Positions 52,831-64,000 of a stretch of DNA of 64,000 nt are shown one piece after another; position 1 is the stretch's first letter, and every line of letters begins with the position of its first letter. The position numbers and the translations under genes are program-made. A model generated the notes under the pieces. That model was not told the origin of the DNA, did no database searches, and worked only from the letters and a program-made list of their open reading frames with translations. Source of the stretch: Paraspadella gotoi (taxonomy: Eukaryota; Animalia; Chaetognatha); the NCBI GenBank assembly GCA_051294375.1, contig CM119270.1, positions 3,960,301 through 4,024,300 of the forward strand, read 5' to 3'.

Positions 52831-54689
52831 AATAAAAAAAAACTATATGATTGTACTATGATGGTGGCTGAAAATACAGAAGTATCGCCCCCGGGGACCT
52901 GTCACAATAGCTAGATGCCACAGTGTGACATTGCATGATATTGTAAATAATGTAATTTATGTTTATAAAATAGAGCGTAATGTCTGCCGTGTGAAGTTGG
53001 GTCATGTTATTTTTTTTATACCATGGTAACGTTCCGTTGCAAATCCAACGCGTTATTAGGTCATGTTTCTCGACATTGTTTACTGGTAGAAGGAAAAAAA
53101 ATAATAAGAATTTTTTCAAAAAAAAAACGCACAATCACGCAAGAGATCGTACAGAGAGAGAAAGCAGAGAGAGAGAGAGAGAAGCTGGACAGCACGCCAT
53201 TTATTCGTCGACTTCATTTCATCTTCCTGTTTTTCGTCTTCCTTCATCGTCATTTTCATCTTCTTTCGTCGTCTTCGACATCTTTCGTCATTTTCGAAGT
53301 CATCGTCTATTCCGCGTTTTGTCCTTTGTTTCTTTGTCGTCAATTTCATCGTCGTTTTTGTCGTTTCTTTGTGGTCTTCTTCGTCGTCAGTTTTGTCTTC
53401 CTCTTCATCGTATTTATTGTTTCTCGTCCGTCATTATCGTCGACGTCGTTTTTGGTCGTACTTCTTATCGTCTCGTCGTCATTTTCGACGTGTCTACGAC
53501 GTCCTCTACGACGTCCTCTCGTAGTCATCTATGCCGTCGTGGAATCGTTTTCCTTCCTTGTTGTTGTCGTGGTTTTCTTCTACAATCATCAATCAGAAGC
53601 TTACGTAGAAGCCATTGCAGATTTTGCAGATTTACATTAATATGTCGCACCACGCTTATAAAAAAAATCCGAAAGAAGCGGTTTCTGATAATTTTGCGTT
53701 CCTAGCAATTTTTGCACCAGTAGCGCAGTAAATATTAAAAACCATGGATGATTTTTCTGAAACTGCCAGTGTTTGGTCTATCCAACCGCGGGCCGCGGAA
53801 CAAAGAAAATCCATAAAGGTCTACTAAAAAATACTGGAAATAAACACGGCGCTGTCTGAATTATTTTTAATATTTTTTTATTTATTTTGCGATATTTTAC
53901 TGTTATTGTATAAGTCAAATAAATATAGGGCAGCGATCATGCACTGATTCTATTCTGTGGTCTAGCCTATCTTTCAAGCATGGAGAGAGAATGGAGAGAG
54001 ACAGAGAGAGAGACGGAGAGAGACGGAGAAGGAGAGGACGGAGAAAGAGAGAGCCTGAACTCATTTTTAAAAACGATCAGAAAAAGGCAGCGGTGGGGGT
54101 ATATTCACACCACTCACGTCCACCATCCTTCAGCCAAATCCAACGACTTCACTCTGCGTTGGCAAAGGAACCGTCCTAGTAACAACCCGCCAGTGAACTG
54201 GGAGGCTGTCACTGAGGGTCGGAAGCCCCAAAGCCACTGTGAGATGTCCCATCCCATATGGCATCGTAAGCAACCCGGCTTGTTGCCATAAGCGGCCTGA
54301 TAATTTTTTTTTAGAAGAAAAAAAAAATCAGAATTTTTCAGGATGAAAAAATACCTATGCGTTTTTCGAATGACAGCTCTTTTGGGGATGAGCATCCGTT
54401 TCTAAACAACTCATTTTTTTTTATTATCAAATTTTTTTTGCCGTAGCGTTCGGAATGAACAATTGCAAACATTATCTACATGATAATTTCATCCATAAAC
54501 CGACAACCGTTAAACAAAAGTAATCGCCAAAAAGCAATCGCAAAAATCGCTCTATCAAAACCGACCAACTTTCCTTTAAAATCGAGCTCGTTTTGATCCA
54601 ACATGATTAGTACTATGCGTAGTACTAAGCTTTGAACGGCCACAGTGAGATCCAGGGCCTGATTTTTTCAGAAAAATCCCGTTCAGTTA

Positions 54690-55250
54690 AAAATAATTTT
54701 TTATTATATTTGAATTATAAAAATATTTTTAAAAAATTATTTTGAATATTAAAATAATAATAATATAATTTTTTTATAATTTAAATATAAAATAAAATTA
54801 TTTTATAATAAAATATATATTATAGATTATATAATAATAATAAAAATAATAATATAATAAAAATAATAATTTATAATTAAAAAATAAAATTAAAAAATAA
54901 AATAATTTTTATTGTATTTATTATTATGTTTTATTATTATTATTTTATTATTAAAATTTAAAAAAATTAAATTTTTAAATTTATTAATATTTAATATGAT
55001 TATTATATTTTATTAAAATTAAAATTTATTTAATCTTATATTTTTTAATGTATACCATGATATAAAAAAACTCGCAGTTTAAAAAAATTAGTTGATTTTA
55101 TTTTATAAAATATATTTTTTTATACATATATATTATATAATATATAGTATTACCTTTCTCATAAAAAATTTTAATTAAAATTTATAATTAATATTTATAT
55201 AATTATTTTTATATATTATATAAAATATAAAAAAAAAATTTATTTTTCTA
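54690..55250. repeat. Extremely AT-rich low-complexity tract
   Basis: Nearly pure A/T with TAA/ATT runs. Confidence 0.9.
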
Positions 55251-55965
55251 GCATTTGGGACTCACAAGCAACACTGTGCGACGATTTTTGTTTTAATGAG
55301 TTTTTATTGGACTTTTTTTAAAATTGTGCATTATATGAGAAACGCTTTTGAATTAAGCCCGCGCTCTACCTGATTTGAATAGTAAAATCATTCAGTTTCT
55401 GTCAATTGTGTTCAAATTGAAAAAAATTGAAGGCTTGACCTATGCAGTTTTCACCTAAAAAACCAGTTATTTGATTGCTTTATCAAGCAATTAAGATTTT
55501 GCAAGATTTTAATTAGCATTTTTTCATCATGTAGAGAAGACAATAAGGTTTCGGAAAACTGTATTAATATGTATGATTTGGTCTTTTTTACTCAAGAGCC
55601 AGGAGGTTTTCTTTGAATAGGGAAAAAATGACTGACCAGTCTATTTAAATACCATTTGTTGGCATGATAAAATGGGAATTTCTCGATCGCGCTCTACCTC
55701 CATTGGCTTCCCAAGACGCCAAGCTTTCGAAATCTGCCCATAATTAATATAATTTTTTTTTGGGCGTGACTATGCAGTTTTGAATAGAAGTGAAAATATA
55801 AAGGAATCTTGATCGCGAGCTTCGATTCGAACGATGCTCATCTCTACTCTTTTCTAGCAAGCGCTTATAAAATTGTCACCATGTACTGCATTAAATAATC
55901 TACAATATCTCTCAAATCCTCCTCTTCGTAAACCTACTTTTTACATTTCTCTCTTTCTTTTTTTC

Positions 55966-56009
<44 letters not shown>

Positions 56010-57519
56010 TCTCTCTTTCTCTCTCTCTCCCTCCCCTTTTAAATTTCTATCTTTTTTTAGTCGGATCTGCTTATTAACAGATCCCCACTTTATAATTTAT
56101 TTTTTTTTTTCCGTCGGTCCGCCTCTCAATCTTGTCGGGCATACACTATATCAAGTCAAACATCGAGTTATGATAAATTATGCAAAAAAAATGATATCGT
56201 CGGTCCGTCCCACCTTAGCAAAAAACACCAATAATGGATTAATGGGATTGGAATCAAAAAAATGAAAAAACGAAAGTCAATTTTTTTTTACTGGTTAAAT
56301 GCTTTAAATTATTAAAAATTTGATATAGAAATCAAGATGAACTTTGTATGTGTGTCGGAAAGTTTGTGATTAAGCTAGAATTATGAAGTTTTGATGGAAT
56401 ACGTGAATCAGAAATGAAAAAAAAAAAGACACATGTAGACTCTCTCTCTCTCATGCATTGGATTATCATCTACATCATTTTATTATGTTATTGATCTGTT
56501 TTGATTACAGTATGTTTGTCTCTTTGTCTCTCTCTCTTCTCTTTCTCTCACACATTGATATTTTTGATAAGACTGATTGATTGATTTCCGATCGTGATGG
56601 TATCAGAAAAATCCTTAACATCGCAATCACATTAAATTATTGCTGGCAGATCCGACACTGTTTTGCTCAAAACTTATTTTGATTCTTTTTTTTCTTTGCT
56701 TTCTCTTTCTCTCTCTCTTCTCTTTCTCTCTCCCTCTTTCTCCTCGTCATTCGTGTTCCTGCCTTTTCACATTTCTCTCTCTCTCTTTTTTTCTCTACTT
56801 CATCCTCATTCATGACCCTCTTTTACATTTCTTTCACTCTTCTCATCCTCTCTCTCTCCCCCTCACCTCCTCCTTCTCATTGTGTTCCTTTCATATTTTT
56901 TCATTTCTTATCTCTCATCTTTTCTCTTCTTAATCCCATTCATAGCCCTCCTTTTTACATTTCTTTCTCTTTCTCTTCTCTCTCCTCTCTCTCGCTCTAA
57001 GCGTGATCCTCTTTTTCTTTTATTGATGTATAGTGGGACAGACTTGACAAACAACATACTGAACAAGAAAGACTGACCAGACTGATCTATCATGATGCCA
57101 ACAGCATCTGGTTTATTATCAATAGGTAATTAATTGGCAATCAATAGTATCAATAGTTATCAGAAAAAGCCATAAAAGATTGCAACTTTTCAGATCAATC
57201 AGCCATTCCGCATTCATCCTGTAACTATTAAATTTTCTTGTTATCTATAAACATTTTTTAGCGGAGAAATACTGTAAGCGTTAATTTTTAAGGCTTTTAA
57301 AACTTTGAGTCATATGCTCGTACATCTGGCTTTAGAATCCAGTCCACTATGCTATAGGCAAATGCAATGTGTGTAAGTGGTTTAGCCTGAATATAAAATT
57401 TTGCGTTGTTGAAAAGATAAGAATAGTGACTTCTGTTCAAAGATGATCGCAGGTCAGAGAGTTCATTCACGAGACTTTGGCCCCACTTCATATCTGGACG
57501 CCCAAAATGACACAGTCCC

Positions 57520-57544
57520 CTTAAAGAATCCAGACCGCCAGTAC

Positions 57545-57576
<32 letters not shown>

Positions 57577-58150
57577 TCAAAGATCCAACTTCAGACTTGT
57601 GACTCAAGACCCCAAAAACTCATGGACTCAAGACCCCAGGTCTCGAGAACAGAGTCTGAGGTCACCCGTCGACGATTAAGCGTGAAACGACTCCGTCGAC
57701 GACGATTCTCGATTCACGTGAGAATCTTTGGCTTAAGTGATTCTGGTCGAGCGACCGTGAGAGTTCGGTCAGGAGGTAGGGTAAGGTAAGTTTAAATTAA
57801 GATAGAAAACCAGGTCAAGGAATTTTTTTGAGGGTAAGCGATTCTAGTCTCGCGCTTGACGAAAACTCGAGAGCCCCGTGTGAGCGTGAGTGTGAGTCAT
57901 TAAAAGTCACATCGGTGGGAGGGGCCGAAGGGGGGAGGTAGGGGAAACGTGTTTTGGTGAAAAGTAATTCCAACGACGAGTTTTCGTGTCACAAAAAAGG
58001 GGGGCGGTGCAGGGGGGGCGGGAGGGAAGTGGTAAGTGAGTTTGGATCAAAGTCAAGTTCCGCTTTCGGCGCCAAAGTGAGTTAGTGACTTTTTCTCCCC
58101 TTTTTTTCGAACCGAAACTGGATTTTTAGTTGCTCCTCGAGTACTCGCGG
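57520..58150 (+). repeat. Block D, third copy (cleanest)
   Basis: Matches 16335-16975 and 48478-49150. Confidence 0.9.
57595..57785 (+). CDS. Candidate Arg-rich exon in block D
   Basis: TTCAG acceptor, AAG|GTAAGT donor, open frame TCDSRPQKLMDSRPQVSRTESEVTRRRLSVKRLRRRRFSIHVRIFGLSDSGRATVRVRSGGRV. Confidence 0.27.
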
Positions 58151-58442
58151 AGCAACTCTATAAGTTACTTTTCGGTTGGTCTGTCGGTCGGTCTGTCTGT
58201 CTGTCGTCGGTATGTCTGTCCATCGGTCTGTCCCACATACGTTAAAAATTCAGGAAAAAAACCTCAAATCTAAGGGACTGTAAGCGCCGCCTTCAGGAAA
58301 TCCTAAAACTATAAGGAATAAAAGACGGAATTTTGATTCAGTGCATGTCATGTCATGTCATGTTATGTCAAGTCATATAATGTGATAAAAGGGCAATACA
58401 CGTGAAAATAAAGTCACTGCGGCGCAACACATTGTTCTTGTG
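58128..58442 (+). mobile_element. HINE-like element, independent insertion
   Basis: AGTTGCTCCTCGAGTACTCGCGGAGCAACT hairpin, GTCT/GTCG repeats, (CATGT)n, GCGGCGCAAC. Flanks differ from the block A copy. Same locus seen truncated at 16948-16985 and noisy at 49127-49470. Confidence 0.72.
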
Positions 58443-58888
58443 TTTTCTTTTTGGGTGAGATGATGGAGTGGGCGAAGGGGAGGGGGCGGGAGGGTGGACA
58501 AATAGGGGAGAGGAAATTCTCAACTTATTTGTATAAATTTCCTTTTGTTTTTTCCTCCCGTGTTTTTGGCATCTTTTTCTTTCGGCTTTTTACGTCAGAC
58601 ATGGCGAAGTGGGAAAGTTGATTCTCGCTGATCTCAAGTTTTAGATCTAATTTCGTCTTGAATTGAAACCCAAAAAAGGAAGACTAAATTAATTACATGA
58701 CGTCTTGTGTCTGTTCTCTCTCTATTTCTTTGATTCAAGGATGTATATTTCGGCGCTATTTTCTGAAAGCGCCACATTTTTGTTCCTAATCTTTAAAATT
58801 AATCTCGACCTTGATCCTTTATCAAATTTTAACCCTTAATCCGTAACCATAATCCTAAACCCTAATCTCTCTAATCTTATCCCTCAAT

Positions 58889-58924
<36 letters not shown>

Positions 58925-59589
58925 TAATGCTAATCAGAACCTATTCTTAATCCCTAACCCTAAACTATAATCTAATAAATAAAATAAAAAAATAATAAAA
59001 AAATAATTTAAACTTAAATGGGTCGCTTTTAAGAAAAGATATATGTTTTAAAGAAAACAAAACGCTGTACAGGCAAATCGCTAACAGTCATAAATTCATG
59101 CAACAGCAGAACCAAACTTATGTAACCGATTTTTTTCTCTCTCTCAGTCTTTATGCTCTGATATCTGTAAAGTCTTTTCCCGATAACTTTATCTTTTTCT
59201 CTCTCTTTTTTCTTTTTTCTTCCTATTTTTTCTTCCTTCTTTTTATTTTCCTTATGAGAAATCTCGATCGTTTGTTTCCTCGGAAAGACGCCAGGTGCGC
59301 TGCGGTTTCGCCGAGAGAGGAAGACAAAAGGGAAATGGGAGTTGAGGAAGGGAGAGAGAGAGGGAGAGAGAGAGAGGGAGGAAGGAGTGAGACGAGGAAA
59401 GGAAAAAGATAAAAGTACTAAAATCTAATAAACTCGGAAGAGAGTGAAAGAAAAAAACAAAAAAATATGGAAGAAGAGAAAAGGAAAAAAGTAGAGAAAG
59501 TAAACAAAAGGAAGAAAAAGCGAAAGGTGAGGACGAGATGAGGTGAGGTCGCTCTTTTGAAAAAAAAGAAGGAAAGAGAAACGGAAAAA

Positions 59590-60015
59590 AGTATGTGGAG
59601 AGGAAATGACAAATAAAAAAATGGGGGGGGAAAAAGGAAAAAATGGAAAAAAAGGAAAAAAAGGGAAAAAAGCTAAAAAAGCTAAAAAAGAAAAAAAAGG
59701 GAAAAAAAGAAAAAAGAGAAAAAAAAGAAAAAAGGAAAAAGGAAAAAGGAAAAAAAGGAAATAAAAGAAAAAAAGGAAAATAGGAAAAAAAGGAAAAAAA
59801 GAAAAAAGAGAAAAAAAGAAAAAAGGAAAAAAAGGAAGAAAAAGAAAAAAAGGAAAAAAGGAAAAAAAGAAAAAGGAAAAAGGGAAAAATGGAAAAAAGG
59901 GAAAAAAGGGGAAAGAAAAAGGAAAAATGTGAAAAAAAGGAAAAAAGGGTAGAAAAAAACGAAAAAGGGGAAAAAAAAAGGAAAAAAGGGGAAAAAAAGG
60001 GAAAAAAAGGAAAAA
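59590..60015. repeat. Polypurine (GGAAAAA)-type tract
   Basis: About 420 bp almost free of pyrimidines. Polypyrimidine counterparts at 6160-6650 and 50570-51350. Confidence 0.92.
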
Positions 60016-60489
60016 GGTGTCTTCAATCCGAAGGAAATGGCAGAGAAGGCAACTGAATTGATGAGTTTGAAACAAGAAATGGCCTAAGATTAAGTGAAGC
60101 GGATGGAAAAAGGAATCGGGGGGGAGAAGGGGGGGGGGTGAAGAGGACTATCGATCGGGGAAATTGAAAGGGTGGGGAAAAATTGATTAAAATTAAGTTG
60201 TATGCGATGAGTTGGATTTAGTTGTAAAGTAAGTGAAAAAATTAAAAATGGCGAGTAAAATTTTAAAATAACCGACCATAGCCGGTCAAAGGCAAGCTAG
60301 CTTATTTTATTGATTGAAAGGATAATTCTCTATTGGTTGGGTATATCAATTTCTTAAGGAAAATTCCCCGGCGTTAACCCACATTAACTTAGTGTTTATA
60401 TGAAACGTACTATGAATTAACTTGTTAGCATATGAACAAAAGTGGGACAGATTGACGGTTGGATAGAATCAGAAAGTAATGACCGACCG

Positions 60490-61020
60490 AAAGGGTAAGG
60501 GTAAGTCCTGAAGAGTAAGGGTAAGTCCTGAAGAGATAGGGAGAAAAACCCCTACCGAAGAAAGGTTATGTCTGGATTAGGCAAGAAGAACCAGCCATCC
60601 AAGAAATGGTAAGTTTAGCTTCAAGAAAACCCTTTATACAAGAATTGTTAAGTCTTAGTGAGTTAGGATGAAGGACATACCCTAGAAATGGTAAGCTGAG
60701 CTAAAAGAAAAACTCCCTTATCCAGCAAAGGGTAAGTGAAACTAAAAGAAGAACTCTCTACCCAAGAATAGGTAAGTCTTAGTGAGGCAATATGAATCCC
60801 AAACCCAAGAAAGGGTAAGTTTTGGTAAGACAGGAAGAACACTATATCTGAGAGATAGTAAGTTTAGCTTAAAAAAGAACCTCCTACCCAAGAAAAGGTA
60901 AGTCTTGGTGAGGCAAAAAGAAGCCAAACCAAAGAAAGCGTAAGTCTAGATGAGGCATGGAAAATCCCCTACCCAAGAAAGGGTAAGTCTCGATGAGACA
61001 GGAAGAACCCCCTACCCAAG
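60490..61020. repeat. Diverged 40/43-bp minisatellite with core TACCCAAGAAAGGGTAAGT
   Basis: GTAAGT-like cores at 60501, 60521, 60565, 60609, 60648, 60691, 60732, 60772, 60815, 60858, 60898, 60940 and 60983. Confidence 0.88.
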
Positions 61021-61290
61021 ACTGATGAGAAGCGATTTGCTGCGACTGAGAAGAAAAATGATTTGGAAGAGAAAAGTCTCCGACGACACCTGAGGCAAAG
61101 ACAGGCGGACGGGCGGGGGGCCAGAGAAGAAAAATAGAGAAAAAAAATAGAGAAGGAAAATAGAGAAGGAAAAATAGTGAAGAAGATTAGAGAATAATGA
61201 AAAAATTAATTATGAGGGAAAAGTTTTCCGATAGAAATAATCAAAAATACCACTCTGACTTATGGAAATTAAAGGATAAAATTTTGAGAA

Positions 61291-61592
61291 AACAAGAACG
61301 GTAATTCAAATGTGTTGCGCCGCAGTGACTGCCTTATCACGTATATTTTTTGTGACATTACATGACATGACGTGACATGACATGACTTTACGTAACTGAA
61401 TGACATAACTGAATGACAATAATAACTTTCTTAGCCTGTGTATTTATGACAAGCACTGCATCGGAATGGTTTTTCCTGACTTAACAGAAGAACAACCAAC
61501 TATAGGCAAATTATAAGCGTTTTTCACGTAAGTGGGACAGACCGACCGAAAAGTGAATTATAGAGTTGCTCCGCGAGTACTCGCGGCGCAAC
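61291..61592 (-). mobile_element. HINE-like element, minus strand
   Basis: Reverse complement starts GTTGCGCCGCGAGTACTCGCGGAGCAACTCTATAA and ends GCGGCGCAACACATTTGAATTACCGTTCTTGTT. Confidence 0.72.
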
Positions 61593-61969
61593 AAAAAATC
61601 GTAATATTGACGGAGAAAGAAAATGGGATGAATGATCGGGACTCGATGCGAGGAAATTGGGTTTAAAAATGGAGGAGATTCTGATCCTTATTATTTATTA
61701 AAGATTAAAGAGTTGATAAAATTATAAAGGAGAAAAAATCGGAGAAAAGAAATAACAAAAAGAATGTACATAAAAAGAGAAGAGTAAAAAAAAGAAAAGG
61801 AAGGAAAAGAGAAAAGAAATCAAATATAAAATGATACGATAGTGTTGAACAACAACGACAACAACAACAACAACAAAATAACAGCAGCAACAATAACAAA
61901 AACAACAACAATTCTTTACTCACAACGAGGCAATAATATTGATATAAAGGATCGCCTTCTGTCACTTAC

Positions 61970-62320
61970 TGTTTCTTAATCGTCATCTGCGTCTGGGCCG
62001 GGAGGTCCGCGAGGTGGAGGAGCGCACCGACTTCGGGTGCTCGCGACGCCGGTGCCGCTTGGCATGTCGGTGTCGGGTCTTGATGAAGGTAGGGGTCTCG
62101 GATGTCCGTGTCTCGTGTGTGCGCGGATACGCATAGTATGGAGGCCGCGGCCGTGCCGCTGCGGGATCGCCGTGAACGCGCGGTCGGTAGTGTCGCTCAT
62201 TGCCGGCGCGGCCGCGCCCTGCCGCGCGCCGCGCCGCCGCCTGCTACCGCCCCGCCGCCGTCGCCTCCAGCGCCGCCGCCACTGCCCGCCACCGTCATCG
62301 CTGCCGCCATTGCTGCACCT
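61970..62320 (-). CDS. Candidate GC-rich exon, Gly/Ala-rich then mixed sequence, product unknown
   Basis: Isolated high-GC island bounded on the minus strand by TCAAG| and |GTAAGT (ACTTAC at 61964-61969). Frame ambiguous, probably indel noise. Confidence 0.4.
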
Positions 62321-62448
62321 TGACAAATGTTTCCAACGATGGAGTAAAGCACAACTACAACGACAACAACGACAACGACGACAACGAAAATTATGCCTTT
62401 TTTAAGACTTCGAAGAAAACGACGACGACGTTGACAACAACGACCGAA

Positions 62449-62527
<79 letters not shown>

Positions 62528-63164
62528 TCTCTCTCCTTTCCTCCCTCTCGCCTTCCTCCGCAGATTTCTCGCTCGACAACCAATAAAAACCTCTGGGTTT
62601 CAACGGATCCGGGAAAAGAGGGAAAAACCGAATGGAGGAATGGGGATTGCGTATAGGGGAAGATGAAATTGGTGATTGGGGATAGGGGAATTAAAAAGAT
62701 GGAGCTCTCTATTCCAAAAGCGCCCCATTTTTGTTCCTTAATCCCTGAACTCGGTTATAACTTTAATGTTCAATATTGATCTAGAGAAAACAATATTTGT
62801 TATATTGTTTGATAATAAAACTAGATGTTTGTAAACAAAAGCAAACGTTTTCTCTCTTAATTTTTAAAGAAATCAATCAATCAATTGGGGCTCTTCTTTA
62901 AAAAGACTAAGAGTTGAAACTAAAAATAAATCCTCTGAGCTCTGATCGTTCGAGGGTAAGTTAAGATGATTTATCGTGGGTGAGCGACGTTGACATTTCA
63001 ATCAAATGAGTGTTGATCACCGGATTAACTCAGCCTGACGCTTCACAAATCATTTTTAATATTATTTTTGTTTCCATTGTTTTTTTCTCCCTCCTTCACG
63101 TTTCGCTTGCATTTCTTGTATCACTATCACGCCATTTTTAATGATAGAGAAGCTTTATTACAGG

Positions 63165-63340
63165 TTAATTTGTCATCCGACATCTCACAAATCAGTCTCC
63201 AGCTCAATCACCGATTAATCTGGCATATGACATCTAAAATATCAGTCGCCAGCTCTATCACCGATTAATCTGCCATCCGATGTCTCACAAATCAGTCGGC
63301 AACTCTATCACCGATTAATCTGCCATCCGACATCACAGAA
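63165..63340. repeat. 50-bp tandem repeat, about 3.5 copies
   Basis: Unit ATCCGACATCTCACAAATCAGTCGCCAGCTCTATCACCGATTAATCTGCC with exact period 50. Confidence 0.9.
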
Positions 63341-64000
63341 ATGACTCTTCAGTCTTCATCCATCGCCTCAAGGCAAATTAGTTTTCCGGGAGGCTGACGA
63401 GCTGAAAAACTAATCCCTCATTCATTCATTCTTGCTTCACCCTTTATTCGAGTATCACTTCTCTATATACCTTTCTTATTTTTTATTTTCTTACCATCTT
63501 ATCTCTCTCTCTCTCTCTCTCCCTCCCTCTCTCTCTCTCTCACTCTCCTCTGCTCGCGACAATTTCAAATTCAGACGACTTCCGAACAGGTTTAAACTTT
63601 TCATCTTCTCCGAATCTATCGATATTTTTTAAATCGAAATAATTAAATAGAAATAATTTTAAAACAAATTTACAAGAATCATGTGACCCTCTTTATAATC
63701 TTGTGGTCCAGGATCATTTAATTATCTTTTTATTACGTATTTTCACTCACAGTTCACAAACCAAGTCTTAACTGGTTTTCAAGATTTGGCGGTTTATTCT
63801 CTCGATATCTTGGTTGCTTTTTTAATTAGTCTTTTAGAAGAGAATGTCGAGGTTGAATCGTGAACGTCCCGACTGTTAAAACTGCTCCTGATTAAAATTA
63901 CCTTCGAAAAACAAATTTCTCAACAAACAACCTCGTTAAAATTCTAACCAATACGCTACTATTATCAAAAGGTTCTTTACTTGATTTAATCAACGACAAA

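Noticed and set aside
54641-55278. CACAGTG..CACTGTG pair suggesting a Transib/RSS-like element around the AT-rich tract
   Set aside because: The inverted match is only 7 bp and the flanking 5-mers (ACGGC, CGACG) are not a TSD.
54385-55843. Inverted pair GATGAGCATC(C)GTT / AACGATGCTCATC as element termini
   Set aside because: About 13 bp with no extension and no TSD, too weak to call.
60490-61020. CRISPR-like repeat-spacer appearance
   Set aside because: The variable parts are homologous to each other (two subtypes), the repeats are degenerate, no cas genes are present, and the context is eukaryotic.

Overview
AT-rich, microsatellite-dense eukaryotic (probably invertebrate) scaffold. Almost all ORFs in the supplied track are translations of (AG)n, (GAC)n, (GCC)n or polypurine tracts and are not genes. 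About two thirds of the window is one ~15-17 kb unit (blocks A-B-C-D) present two to four times, in direct and inverted orientation. The copies differ mostly by homopolymer and indel noise and are joined at six gaps of exactly 25 N, which points to long-read gap-filling rather than true tandem structure. Comparing copies exposes filled versus empty insertion sites for a Ty3/Gypsy element (LTR, PBS, gag and protease on the minus strand, ~25810-28826), a TRIM-like miniature LTR element (39282-40217) and a CACTA-ended MITE at two different sites (35506-36149, 46437-47141). A HINE/DINE-1-like non-autonomous Helentron family with a ~30 bp palindromic 5' end is present in about seven copies. There is also a short-intron pseudogene fragment (52107-52830), several weak candidate exons, and an unusual 40/43 bp minisatellite with a splice-donor (GGTAAGT) motif in almost every unit (60490-61020). 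I find no intact recognisable host gene, no RNA gene, no CRISPR array and no convincing new multi-gene system. All alignments were done by eye, so boundaries are approximate.
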